A stretch of 64,000 nucleotides of DNA from Blasia pusilla. Lineage: Eukaryota. Both the position numbers and the translations under genes were made by a program. A model generated the notes under the pieces. It saw only the letters and a list, made by a program, of their open reading frames with translations. It searched no databases and was not told the origin of the DNA. Positions 1 to 13,473 of the stretch are shown piece by piece (the stretch's first letter is position 1; the number at the start of each line of letters is the position of its first letter). The stretch is from contig CM114271.1 in NCBI GenBank assembly GCA_050084515.1, positions 20,584,001 through 20,648,000 of the forward strand, given 5' to 3'.

Positions 1-999
1 CAAAAAATAATCATTTTTTGTGGCGTTATCCAGTATTTAGTAGTGGATTTGCTTCTATGAATGTTGTTTAAGTACGCAAAGACATAATATTATTGCTTGT
101 CAAATGCAAATTGTGCACATTGTAGAGGGAGAAAAATCAAAATGCATAGAAGCTCTTGGAGCATTTGTATTAATCAAACAGAAAATTTGCTATGGGAGGA
201 ACTGCAATTACATCTTTAGCGATTAGTGCATATGCACTTGCAACACAGACATGATAAACAAAATTGTTGAGCTTAAGCAAAAATATGATGTTTCAGCTTT
301 TACAACAACAATAGAGGGATGGAATTACCTAATAAACTCAATAAGAAAAAATACTTGAACTGTGAAGTGTATTATGCACGAACTAGATACATGTTAGAGT
401 GTGGTTGATGAAGAACATGTGATCTTGGCCATGATAATGAGACTTACTGAAAGTTATACAACCTTGAACACAACTATGTGCAATCAAACCTCTTGACTTT
501 AGAGAGTCTCCTAATTTCTCTTCTCAAGAAAGAGATAAGAAAGAGGAAGATAAACGGTATATCTTTAACTCAATATAACCAAAGTAGAGGCAAATATATG
601 TTGGAAGAGTGGGGTTGTCTTCTCAAAGACGCCCAGTATTAGAGCTAAGGAAGAAATGCCATATTATGGAGGAACTTCAAAGTGTAAATGTCTGTACCAT
701 GCTCTCTTTCCTGTATGGACTCTTTCTTTTACCTCGGTACCTATACATTTATAATTGAAAGGTCTAATTTTGTGTACCTTCAAGTTCCTTTCACAATTGC
801 CATGTTCAGCATCTATCACATGAAAGAACTCTATTGGATTTGATTTAGATGGTGGGGGAAGGTTATGGTTAATGCCACATATATTAAAGGATTGGATCAT
901 TTGTTGGTTTGGACTAATTTACAATAAAGGTTCTCGTAGTTTGAGCAGCAAGAGAGTGATCTTTTTAGAAATGGCCAATGGAGGACTTTTTTAATGAGG

Positions 1000-3900
1000 A
1001 GAATGTCACGTTTTTAATGAGGGGAATACTAAAATATTGGAGATATTTTAGTACTTCTTGTCTCGTTGTTTGGATGGCATGAGTTAGCATAGGATCGTTT
1101 GTGTTTGTGTTTGTGTTCGGTTACAACGATGTATGTTGTGTAGCGATGTGTATGCGCACAACAGGAACAAGAAGGTGTATGTTGGTTAGGACACACGGAA
1201 ATCTCCAGATTTGACATTGAATATACAATGAAGATCTTTGGGTTCACAAGAAGTATTGTGGAGATGGTCTTAGAATTGTTTGAGCATGAAGAGAAAGGAG
1301 TTGCTTATATTTTTGTCAATAATCCACAATAGGGCTATTAAATTGGTGGTCTCAAGAGTACAAGTGAGCCATTACCAAATGAAGGGAAGTGTTTGTCAGT
1401 TATGCAAGGAAAAAGAAGGATTAAACCTTATGTGCGGAGTATGTGGCATTGCTGAAAAAGACTTAATTTATGGTCCAACAAGCAGAAAATGAACCCAATG
1501 ACATACACATCTATCAATCACAATTTGTTGACAATAAGAGAATTATGGATAAGGAGTGCAGAAATTATCCAAGGCCAAAGAGAGAATGACATGAAGGCCC
1601 TTAGGGGAAAAGATGTTGAGATAGTGACCACAACCAAGCATATTAGGCCAGTGTTGGTCAATACCTACAAAGAGCTAGATAGCAAGGCATACGGGATAAC
1701 ATAACTTTGAGAAGTGGATTGTCTAAAGATCCAACCGGTAGTTGGTAGTTGGTGAGTGAACTATTGCATCGTGGAGATGTTGCGATAGATTTTTTTCTAG
1801 TGATTTTCTTCATCCTGGTTGGGTGAGCAGAATTCATTTCGGAGATATTGACATTGAGAGCCATTTTGGCTCTCTTCATAAAAGCTAAATGTGAAGACAA
1901 TAAGAATTATAGGTAGATCCCATGGTTGAGTGTGGTTGGGAAGTTGTTGTGTCAAATCCTTAATATTACAATCTTCTTATACTTGGATGTGAATGATTAT
2001 CAAGGAAGATAGATTCTTGATAGTCTAAAGGATGTGTGAATCACATCACCACCTTGAGCCAGAGTGTCCCAATGCAAGAGAAAGAGGAAGATCCCCTTCT
2101 ATTGCTTCTTCTAGCTTGGACATCAAGAAGGCATACAACAAGGAATTGTGTCATGATCTGTCTTTTGTGTGTGCAAGAGAAAATTATATCAGTATTTGAG
2201 ACCTCAATTCATGTGCTCAGTGGTCTACTCTTTGGACATATTATCTCCACTGGTGTTTCTATAATAAGAATCTCATTCACTTCATCTACTTAGTTGGTTG
2301 ATACTAGATTTCGAGGTTGGACGCTTTTCTTGTGTTGTGATGGGAATAAATGCATTGAAATGTGCTTGGGATCCACTCATGTGTGTTGAGATAGAGATTA
2401 GTCATGGTGATTATAAAAAATTAATCCCCTTGTTCAATAGCAGTTGCATGTGGGCTACTTTCATTGACTTGCCAAAGTCCCCAAAATTTAGTCTCTTTGG
2501 TGGGTTTTTGCATATTTCTATTATATGGATGAGTGTGTTTTTAAATTTTTTTTTAATAAGGCTCTTTGTTGTTAAGTTGTTTTTCCTTTCTTTTATTTTC
2601 TAAAGTAAAAACTATGGATTATGATTTATGAATTTTTATGTGCCATTAGATAGTAAATGGGCTAGTGCTCGGTGCAGCTTGTACACATATTCTTTGTAGA
2701 CCCAACAGACTCATTTTGAAGATATCCGAGGGAGATCTCTATAAGTTTAGGCAAATTTTTGACTTGGAAAATTAGTGTTGCTTATTAAATTTAGATAGAA
2801 TTGTCAGAAATCATACATATAATGAACAACTTCAAATGTTTTTTGCTAGTGAAAAATCAACCATTAAAAGAAATTGTTGGCATGTGGGTTGGTTTTATTC
2901 TCTAAGACTAGGCTGAGAGAATGATTGAATGAACTGGGTCATAAACCACAAATTTCATTCTTATACAACTTCTATTCCATGTATTTCCAAGGTTTAATCG
3001 TGCTAACATATGGTAGGTACACACAAGTGTTCTACCCAAGGCATGGATCATCCATGACCCGGGTATTGGATGCAAGTTTTTGAGACGAGGAATTTCCTCA
3101 ATGATCTTGTTCTTGTCAAGATCTTAAGAAATTCACGACACTACATTGTCTGAACACCTCAAATGGATCGTAAATGTCTTGCAAAGGTCTTAGCGCTAGT
3201 TTTGTAGCAAAGGCTTTCAATCAACAAGTTGAAATTGATTCTATGGTCTTAAATAGGCTCCAAGAGGTTGGTATGAGAAGCGTGAATGTACGTTTAGGGA
3301 ACATGCATATTGTAAAGTTGATGTAGATTTGAATGTTTACTGCAAAAATGGTACATTGTTTATTGCACTTTATGTACATGATCCCTTGTTGTTAGTCAAA
3401 AGTAAGTAAGTAAATAACTCTACAAGCAAAAGACAATCTTGCTCACACTTTGCTATGACTATCATAGGTCCGATGAAGTGAATTCTTGGAAGCAAAGTTG
3501 AGAGGAACAGAGAAGAAAGATGGATTACACTTAGTACACTAATGTTGTAAATTTTCTTCCCAGATACTGTTGTGGGCCAGATAGAGGTGTGAAGCACCAA
3601 GAGGCTTTTCATGCTTACATGACAGGAGTTGTATTTACTCAAGTGTACCATCCTTTGCAAGTGGACTAGCAAGTATTTGATCCCTTCTTAAGACGGAAAT
3701 AGATCCATTTTCCTACAAAACGGTTTGGACAGCTGTAGAAATTTTCATAAACTTTAAAATTGCAAAGGGTCATTAGAAGTGGATTTGAGAACAGGGAATA
3801 AAGCAATTTGAGACAAGGATGCCCGCAGTCAACTACCTGTACCGCAACGTTGACCCCTTTGCACACCTGTTGCACGCCGTGCGTAGCGGCTGACCCTACG

Positions 3901-4800
3901 TCCATAGCTTTTTCGTTGTGCCCACCCGTCAAGTTGCCCTTATTGCCGTCAAATAATGTTCTTGTATAGTCAGAAATAGGATGGTGGGTCCTGTGGATAA
4001 CTCATTTTGCAATTTTTGGTAATCGAAATACTGTAATGCTTATGTGGGGAAAAAGCTTCAAAAATCCACAAAGATATTTTGAGGGGAGTAGTGCAAGTGT
4101 GTCTTAAGGAAAAGCACATGGCTAATGTGGATATATATTCTTTGTGAAATGCACATGGCTAAAATGTTTGTAGAGTTCAGGAGTGGTGCAATTTTTGGAG
4201 ATTTTTTTGCCAGCTTTCTATCTTACCCTAGGATATTAAGGCTATAAAATTTGCAGACTATGAGCAGCTATGTAGGTCGTCAATGTCAAGAGAGACATTA
4301 GGGATCTCAAAATTTTTTTTAGGGCTAGGTAATCCAGAGATTTGAGTAGCTCGTGTTGAAAACCACAAAGGCATGGAGATACCAGTAACTTTTGAGAAAT
4401 ACCAAATACAATTGTGACTAGTTGTGGGAAGAAGTCATTCCAAGATGGAAGATCTTTAGCTCTTATATAAACCCGAAAGGGTCCACACTGGGTCATATGG
4501 ATCAGTTGGAATTGCAACAAGATAGCAATGGTTATGACTACCCATTAGCGGTTTCTCTTGATTTCAAGGCCTAATTCATCTCTACATCTCTTGGTTGGTC
4601 ATAGAGATAGGACATGATTTCTCACTAAAATTGTGTGAGAGGGTTGTAATGCATTAAAGGCAACTCATGTCTTGAGGTTCCAATGCCTTTGGAACTGCAA
4701 TAGCCCGCATAGGAGGATTCTAGCCTTTGGTTGAAATGTTGAAAATAGATAGTCCTCAAGTTTGGCCTATTTTAATAGTAGTCCTCTATAACACTAACAT
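1000..4800 (-). mobile_element. Highly decayed L1-type LINE ORF2 remnant, interrupted by other fragments
   Basis: Manual minus-strand translation gives eroded L1 motifs in the expected order. SWNDFFPQLVTIVFGISQK (~4390-4450) resembles VSWxFL..L..FGF. IHISHVLF (~4110-4135) resembles ISHLLFADD. LLHWDTLAQGG (~2050-2085) resembles VSWxxLC..GG. A zf-RVT-like stretch WLWSL...IHNSLIVNKL...FCLLDHKLSLFQQC lies at ~1440-1640. Many stops and frameshifts; boundaries approximate. Confidence 0.45.
3140..3560 (+). mobile_element. Ty1/Copia reverse transcriptase remnant
   Basis: Plus-strand translation gives YGLK*APRGWYEK (~3243-3281; consensus LYGLKQAPRAWY). It continues with DLNVY...FIALYVHDPLL (consensus LYVDDLL) and FAMTIIGPMK*ILGSKVERNREE..ITLS (consensus F.M.DLG..KYILGI.V.R). 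Confidence 0.7.
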
Positions 4801-6102
4801 GAACTAGGACAATTATTATTATTTTATCTTCATTGTAAAGTTAGGAACTTTGGATGTATCCAAAGCACTCCTCTCCCATAATTATTAGGATCGGAAGTAT
4901 CAAACTTTTTTCGTCTTCATTCCTATGGATTGTTTGTTAAATTTGTAGTGATAATAGATCTCATGGTAATACCATTTGTTACATGATATAGAATGATTTT
5001 TGCCACAAATTATACAAGTATCAACTGAATAGTGTGAATATTTGAAGAATTATTCTAATAATAATAAGGTGAATACAAACACATCCACGTGGCGAAAGAG
5101 AGCCCTCGAGAAAAGTGGACTTTTTTTCTAACGAATACTTATATAAACAGGGTCCACATCCAACTTAAGATGTGGCGATAAAATCCGATCGTGAAAATGA
5201 ACATGGCGACACCAGGCAGACGCCGTCCAAGGAGATGAAGGGTAATGGGTATGACGTTGTCGTACTCAACACGGACTCTCCGTCGGCCAGCGTCCATCCA
5301 CGTTAACGTGAACATCCGACGTAGGAGCATACCACGCAAGTGAAGTCACCGCACATCGGGACGTAATAATGTTTCCCGTTGATTACCCCACGGACTTTCT
5401 CTTACGTCGACATCCCCCTCTCCTTCCTTCGAATGGTTGATTTATTTGATTTTCCCGTTCATTGCAGAATACGATATACTTTTATATTATTCATACTGTA
5501 TTGCGTCATCGCGTCTGGATCTTTTCACGTTCGCATTCGCTGTTACAAAACAATGCCAGTATCATAATGACAAGTGTCCGGCAGCGTAAACCGGGACCAG
5601 CCTAGTGATCACAGGTACGGTATTGTAGTGACGGAGTGCCATGAGGAAGGATTTTTATTGATTTTTGGTTTGATGTAGTAGGTCCCGTCCGTTGGGATTA
5701 TTCGCTCGTTGCTCGGGGGGTTCTTGTAACGGGGGACGAGTGGGTGAAGTCCGTCCGTCGTGGAAACGGAGAGACGGACGTAAGGGTGAAGTTTGGCGCT
5801 TTCGGAGAGGGAGGAGCTTCTTCGACCTGTGCCGTGTGCGATGGCTGCAGCTGTCGCGACGGGAGGAGGAGGCCATTGGGCCATGGCTCTTCCCTCCCTG
5901 CGCTTGTGATGTGGTAGCCGGGCACGCACGCACGCGCGAGCGATTGCTGGTGCTGCGGTGAATCGACAGCGATCGAGGTAGAGAGACCGAGTGACGCTGG
6001 GCGGATTGATCGATTGATCGATTCCAGGGATTCAGTTGATCGAATTCCGTTTCCTGTCTTCCCGTCCCATCAGCCGCCCGCCGGTGTGACTCTGATTCTG
6101 CC

Positions 6103-6105
<3 letters not shown>

Positions 6106-6140
<35 letters not shown>
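6106..6140 (+). repeat. T35 homopolymer followed by a G-rich polypurine tract (to ~6235)
   Basis: Direct count gives 35 consecutive T. It lies in the GC-rich 5' region upstream of the RING gene. Confidence 0.95.
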
Positions 6141-7593
6141 CTGTTTTTGGTCGGGTTCGGGATCGGAGGGAAAAGAGGGGAGGGAGGAGGGAGGAGGGAG
6201 GGCAGGGAAGGGGTGGCGGAGGGGGAAGGGGAAGGACAGAGCGGAGCGAAGGATGCGAGAGTGCACAGAAAACTCTGTCCATCTTACCACACGATGACAG
6301 CGCGCTTACCTTCGGCGCTGCCCTGCATCTCCCGCGACGCTGCGTCACGTATTTGCGGCTCGCTCTCCGTTCCCATCTTCATTTGCTGGTGTTGGGTACG
6401 ACGCCAGACATCGTCTACACGGTGATCCCTCCTGCGCTGCTGCCCGTTTGTTGGAGGGCTCGCTTCGCTTGAGCCTTCGCGAATGTGTCTATGCCGGGCA
6501 ACCATAGCACTCATGGCGTCGCTTTAGCGTTTGATATGGAACACAAATCGTGAAGCTTTATGGCTGCTCCGCTCGTCGTCTGTACCGTTTGATTCTCGGC
6601 GTCGGAGTGATTGGACTACTGTTCCGGAGTCTCTCTGTGAGTAAACATCATTTCTTTGTCTGCCTTGGGTTCTTCCACAAGAGGCCGCCATCGTCGATAT
6701 CTCCCTACTCTTGACGTACCACGGTTTCTGGTTTGGCTTAATTTCTTTCCCCAAGTGTCATGTCCGTTTCGGGAAACGATCTTGACGTATGCTTCCTGAA
6801 CCTGCCTCCGTAATTCATCTTCTTCACGTTGTACCAGAGTCAATCATCTTCTTTGTGTCGTCTTCCGACCTAAAGACTCCGTCTGAGATTCAGTCTTTCA
6901 CCGCTACGAGCGGATCTTTCCTCAATTCGTTGTCGGGCTCATTTGGCAATCTCTGAGCCGTCGTTGTGAAGGATCCTGCTACTTTCATACCCGCAAGTAC
7001 CCGACTTATGGAATCTCGCTTGAGGTTATCGAAGAATGCGTTCCTGAAATTCGCCGCAGAAGTGTACTGACTCGGGAGTCGGAGGGTTTCAATGTATCTA
7101 GGCTTGGCCGATTGATGCGAGGTGGAATTGTTTTGTCTTTTCACGCCTCAGGAATGGTTGTCATCCGATGATGTTTTCTCCCATGCACATCACACCTCTC
7201 GTTCCAGATCCTTTGTTTCCCCTCGTCCATCAGCTTTAGGGTTAACGAGATAGAAATCGCGTCTTTAGCTGATCATCGCCTGTCCTCCTCGGTTCAACAT
7301 CTTAACATGCTCCTGGGAGTTCGATTCGTGTGAGAACACGGTGTTATCAATCGAATTTGGTGCTCTCTCTGTTCTACTTCGTGCACATGAAATCGACGGG
7401 TGCTAATGTGTGGTTCATTCCTCTTACAGATCTTGTATCAGAGAGCCAAGACTGGATATCGGTCGGCTCCGAGGATGTGCTTCTGTGGATCATTGCAATC
7501 TAGCTTCCACAGCTGATTGCCGACGCCTATAAGAAAACACCTGGCAAGTTTTTGAATCTGAATCTACCTCCTCCTCTTCCAACTGTCGTAAAG

Positions 7594-10500
7594 ATGGAAG
7601 ATAGTCCTGATGGAAGAAGGGGGGCACCAGTGGTTGCCACAAGTGCCAGACAGGGGTCATGTTGGCCTTCCACAGATGTGCACTATCAGCTTGGGAGCAG
7701 CAACTACGCGAGTGGTAGTGGCAGCAGCAGTTCTAGCAATAGATTAAATCGGATGGAAGAAGCAAACGAGTCTTGCCAAGGAGGAAGAACTTGTGGTCAG
7801 GACGCCGGGAAGGGTCCAGAGTGTAACAGACCCTCGGCACAAAAATCCTCCCAGATGTCGCCGAAGCTTGTGACATCCCGTTCTTCTGGGGCACGAAGAA
7901 GTCAGCGATCGCACAACGAGTCAGTTGTACAAGGTCAGTGGAGCGCACTGCATGGTTTCTCCAGTAGTGGTGACGAGTCTGGGATAGGCAATATGGATAC
8001 AGACACAAATCTGGGTATCGGTCTCAACAATAGACTCGGCCTATCGGAAGTTCCTTCTCTTGCCGGGCATGGTCGAGCCGCAACTAGTCAGGAGTTTACC
8101 CTAGGGCGAGTAGGTAACTCAACCACGAGCAACTTAGATTTGTATTCTGACCGAGTTTCAGGCCGCACAAGCATTGGTGCAGACTTTCCTCCGGGGAGAG
8201 GCAGTGGACAAATTTCTGATAAGGTGGGCACGTCTAGGAGCGGTGGATCTTCAGGCTTGCACCTGGGAAATAGGTCTTCAGGAATGGGTGGCAGTGCTCC
8301 ATATCTTTCTCACAGAACTGTCCTGGACGAGGGAAGAAGTGGAGATGGCTCTCATGGAATTGCAACGACTAGTTCTCTTCACATGGATCGGCAGGGTATG
8401 CAGGCCCAAGCTCACCACCTTGGAAGTAACACCATGTGCAATTCTGTGTCCGATCCTTTCATGGCCAGTGCGAGCAACAGTCACAGCTCTTTGGGTGATG
8501 AAGCAGCTTGTAGCAGTGAACATTTTGGTCTTGGTTCAGCTTCTATGGACAGAGTTCAAGGTTCAGATAACCAAACTCTGAAAGGAAGCTTCCTAGGGAA
8601 CTCGTCTTCTAGTTACAATAACGTGATCAGCAACTCGCGAGGTTCTGCTTGTAAAAGGAAAAGTTGTACACCAGGTCTACTGGGCAGTTCGTCTTGCAGG
8701 AGTGCTTCTCCACATTCCTCTGGTTTTCGAGAGGTGTACGGTGCAAGATCCCTGGGAAGCAGTAGCTCTGGCAGGCGCAGTACTGGCAACTTGGGTTGTG
8801 CTTCCGCGTCTGATGTTGTGGCCTCAGCTTCGGCTGTTGCGTCTGGGAGATGTGCTGAAACCTCGATCTTATCCACTTCATCAGATGAGCCACGAACTCG
8901 CAAATGTTCCACTTCGAGGGAAGTTGAATCCGTGACTGGAAGGGTTTCGAAGTCCTCGACAGGAAGTGGTGCTGCAAGTGGATCTGGACCGAGAAGTGTA
9001 CGCACTGGAGCATCTGGAGGGCAGATTGATCAGCCATCATCTCATACCCAACCGCCATTTGCACGCGCTGTGCGAAGGGCAATTCCTGCCCTCCAGCCTG
9101 ATGCGTGGTGCTCGCGAAGGGTCTCTTTAGCTGATTGCCCAATTGATACGGAGTTCACTGCCGCAGGTGGAAGCACTCTTGTGCGGTCCAGTGAGCAGCT
9201 GATGGCACCTGGTGGGTCTCGGAGAAGTGGCAGCCCCTTGGTTCCAAATATTAGGAGTGGTGCCACAGGCTCGCCAAGACGCAATGAGAATCATGTCGGC
9301 TCTTCTGCTATGGGGGAGAGGTTATCTCACAGATACATGGGGAGGAGTAGCAGAGGCTTGTTGTCTGGGTCATCTAGCGGGGGTTCATCATTTGGAGGGA
9401 TTGGGGTTGAAAGCAGGTTACGGAATCGGAATTTCAGCAGTAGTTCGATAGAAACTATGGCCACTACACCTAGTGCTTCAGCCCAAAGCCAGATCTCGTC
9501 TAATACTCAGGGAGGTACAAATTTGGGGCCTGGTTCTGGACCCTCGCCCTCGAGGCTACCACCCCATCCTCCTGTCATCCGCTCTAGGCCAATTCACAGC
9601 TCTTTGAATGCGCCCATGCTTGTTACGCCATCTTCTGGTCCTGCTCCTTCTCGATTGCCTCCTTCTCCCCCTAGCGTCCCTTCTTCGCTTTCTTCGGCAT
9701 TGGAGTTGCTGCCATCTGGGTCTAGCATCTTTCAAAGCTCATTTCTACCTAGAACCTCCCATGCACTGGATGGGCGCAGTGAAAGAGGGCTTGCATCAGC
9801 CGCAGAAAGTCTTCTTGGGATGCCTTTCAGAGGCTTACAGTCCCCAGCTGACGGAGAACATCAGCCTCGGCTTGTGGCAGAAGGTCTAGCAGAGGTGGGC
9901 TACTATTTTCTCTTAGATGATGCTCTGGATTACTGTGGGTGGCAGTAGTCTTTCTTGCTAATTACACCACAATCTGATAGCAAGGTTACTTATAGGTCGT
10001 TTTTGATCTGTACTCTGAAAGTTGGGACTCCAGTTTTCTTAATCTTCTGTTCTTGTTAACTTCTATCTTACTATTGTCGCTTATCTGCCATCAACATTTT
10101 CTCTGATTTGTCATCCCTTCATTGCTCGACTGTTGGGGCTGTTCAGGGTGCCTCAATTGGATGACTTACTGCTATGGTGACGAATGTGATACTTGGGTTG
10201 GAGCCTGTTTTAATTGATGACAGTAGACTAGGTTGCAATCGTCTACTCTAGTGCAAGAGTATCAATTATTTATACTTGGTGTCACATTTGTAAGCAGATT
10301 CTGCTGGCTCTTGAGCGAGTGGAGCGAGATGAAGATCTCACTTATGAGGTAAGTTGCGAGGGCTATAATGCCATTTAGAATTTCTTGTCAAGAGTGCCCC
10401 TTTATAGTATACTTTGGTTTTCAGCTCTAAACCTATGGTATCAATTCTCAGAGGATCTGTTGTTCCTGCAGCAACTATTAATGTTGGAGGCTACACTACT

Positions 10501-11131
10501 CTTTGGTGGGATGGGGCTTCATGATCAGCATAGTGACCTGAGACTTGATGTGGACAACATGTCTTATGAGGTAATTGGATATGTTCAAAACCTTAATTTT
10601 GAAGCTTGGTTCTGTACTTGCTAAGATCATATCTATCAGTTTCTGGTAGGAAACCTGGTGAACTTGTGGTTTTGCACTTGTTCTAGAAGCTTCTTGGTTA
10701 TATTGCCCAGCACTAACTTTGGTGTTGCCACAGGAGCTCCTTGCTCTGGAAGAACGAATAGGAAATGTGAGTACAGGGCTCAGTGTGGACATGGTGAACA
10801 AGCGCTTGAAAAGAAGCAACTATTGTGCCCAAGCTGTGGCTGTGTCTGCTTTTTCGCAGGAAAGTGACGTCAAATGCAGCATCTGTCAGGTGTGTAACAT
10901 TTCATGTTAGTTCTTGTTTATACTGAACTGCTGCTTTGATTCGGGTTTCAGATGTGATGATGAGACTAGCATTTAAACTTTACTCTCTGCTGCTGCCTAC
11001 AGGAAGAATATGAAGAAGGGGATGACTTGGGCCAGATAGACTGTGGGCACTGTTATCATGTTGCTTGTATTAAGCAATGGCTCATTCAGAAGAATCAGTG
11101 CCCCATCTGTAAGGCGTCTGCCTTATCATAG
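7594..11131 (+). CDS. RING-H2 E3 ubiquitin ligase, CTL (YEELL-motif) family, MBR1/MBR2/RHG1A/HIP1-like; about 911 aa
   Basis: Exons 7594-9894, 10298-10348, 10472-10570, 10734-10889 and 11003-11131, all GT-AG and in phase. The spliced C-terminus reads ILLALERVERDEDLTYE-QLLMLEATLLFGGMGLHDQHSDLRLDVDNMSYE-ELLALEERIGNVSTGL...CSICQ-EEYEEGDDLGQIDCGHCYHVACIKQWLIQKNQCPIC*. This is the DxxRLDVDNMSYEELLAL motif plus a C3H2C3 RING. An acceptor (ttacag) at ~7429 implies an upstream 5'-UTR intron. The first in-frame ATG is at 7594. Confidence 0.92.
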
Positions 11132-13473
11132 TTAAACTTAGAGTGCTTCACTTTATGCTTCAAAGATGAAGTGAGTCACTGCCAACCACATTGTGGACAG
11201 GTTCTCACAGCACACAAGGCTGAACAGTCTTGTGTGAATGTATTTCCATTTTTCTTTGGAGGTTTGGAGGTGTTTTCTGGCAACTCTACAGCGAGCAACT
11301 TTTGGGAATCCTCTGAAACTTGGATGTCTTTGGGTAGGAGCACCCATTTCTCACCAAATGAAAGTGTGTCCACAAAGTCTGTCAATGCATAGAGATCTGC
11401 AGCTGGGTTAGTCAGATAGGGAGGGCTCTAGATAGGATCACTTCAATTTGAGTGATTCTTTGTGGAAATGGACTCCCATCAAATGCATCACTTATCATGG
11501 AAACACCTAGTGCATCTTTATACTGGTGGTGATTAGCATCACTGTGATCTAGATGGATGGCCCAGAAGGAGTGAGGGGGGGCGCTTAGTACCCTTAGAAA
11601 TACATCAAAGACTTTTTGTGACCAGATTTCTGCGTGGTGTATGCCACAGTGGGCCTACCTTGTGATTTGCAGAAGATAATCTTAACTGCCTAAAGGGGCA
11701 CAGCCGTCCCTGTCCTTGCCAATAAGGTAGATTGGACTGCTAAGGGTATAATCATTGTTCTAGTTCTCTCTGCTTTAACTACGAGGACTGGAGTGAAGGA
11801 CCTGAAATTGGTGTATCGATTTTATCTTATGTAAGTGGAATGAATTGATGGTTTGTTTCATTCGTAACATGCAATGTATTGTATCCTGATTTTCTTCAGG
11901 CGATCCTCACTAATCTGGCAGTTTGGTGGCAGGGCAAACTTTTCTGGAATGCATTAGAACCTGTCGGCAGGCTTACAACTAATCCTACCAATAAGTTGTA
12001 ACCAATTAGTGTCCTGTCACGTTTTTCTTTTGTGAAACCAGTCTCCCTACAATTTTGCACCTGCGGAGGCCAGTATCCGAATGTGCAAATCACCATTGTC
12101 TGTGTAAATCCTCCTAGTGAAGAGTTCTCATCCAGGAGAACAACTCGTCCTTTACCCCCATCTGATACTATTCAGATCGGGATAAGGACAACATTCCACT
12201 ACAAAGCACAGAGCGCTTCAGTCAAATATCACTAGAAGAAAATCTCCTCGTTTAGGTGGTACTACCGTACGAAATCATAGTATTGGATTGATGCTGGTGT
12301 TTACGGAAGAAAAGAGATGGATGAGAGGTCATGATGACGAAGTGGAGCTCGCTGGTGATCAAGATAAAACTCCGGTGGACACCTGTGGTTTCCTTAAAAG
12401 TCGACTAGTTTCCCTAAAGGAAGATTGTAAAAGTCGACTGCAAAAACTGGAGGGCTCGAACCGTCGGCGGGGCTGTCCCACCAGCCGATGGTTCGGAATG
12501 TGGAGAACCGGCCTTACAGGGCTTCCCGGTTGAAAACGAAAAGTTTAGTAGTGATCTGGTAAGGTTTCAAGGACGAGTCCCGGATTTCAGTGAATGGTTC
12601 CTTCGTAAACGAAAAACGTGGCGAGAGTCCATCACAGACAACTGTAGGCGACCCTAGTTTCGTCCCGGGAAGTAGCTGCAAAAAATTTACGGGAGTCTCA
12701 CCTGGGATTCGCTTTGATCAAGTCCTAGATCCTGGCCATAAATGATGGAATGCGTCTGGGAAAATGAGAATAAACAATTTTCCCGCTTAGGTAAGAGAAC
12801 TTTCCGAACCGTACTAGTCGCTTTAACTCATATCCCGCTGTGTAACCGTGCCACATCATGACGTCCGCCACTCACCCAGCGACAAGTGTACGAAATAGAA
12901 GAGCATCAGGGACTAGCGGCGTCCTCCGTAACAAGTAAGGCCTGCATCCATTAGTCGCCGTAAGTTCCGGCAGATATTGGGATGACGTTCCTATCTAGGA
13001 TATAGATATGCCGTGTCTACTGTCGGTCAAAACTGGCATCTGAGGCATACGGACAGCTCTGTCCCCACGCTCTAGTTACCGAGCAGTGGTAACAATCGAT
13101 CCCGATTCCCGTAACACAGAACGTCTCTTTAACCGAGCGCGGGCACCGAGGACACTCAACACTCCAAAGGAAAAAAGAAAAGTGTTCTCCCACTGCTAGC
13201 TCCGTAACGGTGGTCGCCGTCTCCTTAACTCCCCTGCCCCGTTCAGATCAGAATCTTTTAGTACATCAGTCTTTTACCGGGTCTCTGAAAATATTTAGGT
13301 TTTCTGGAATAATCCTCAGTCGACCCCCTAAGATTTTTTACCTTCTCAAGTTTTTGTCTAACATTTTTTTCCTTCTAAGGTTATTTCCTGCATGTAACTT
13401 GAGCCACCAGTTTTTTTATGGGCTTGGAATTGGCATGCCCGTTTATTGCTGTCACATTTTCTACCTTTCAGTT

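Noticed and set aside
5609..6472. Overlapping 75-211 aa ORFs with poly-Lys/poly-Phe
   Set aside because: Artefacts of GC-rich leader sequence and the T35 run; no domain similarity.
7552..7593. TTG start and read-through to 9948 for the 798-aa ORF
   Set aside because: This is a eukaryotic gene: the first ATG is at 7594 and the frame is spliced at 9894 to the conserved downstream exons.
8174..9889. Alternative-frame and antisense ORFs over the RING, FRO and LOX exons
   Set aside because: Shadow ORFs of real coding sequence, with no independent motifs.
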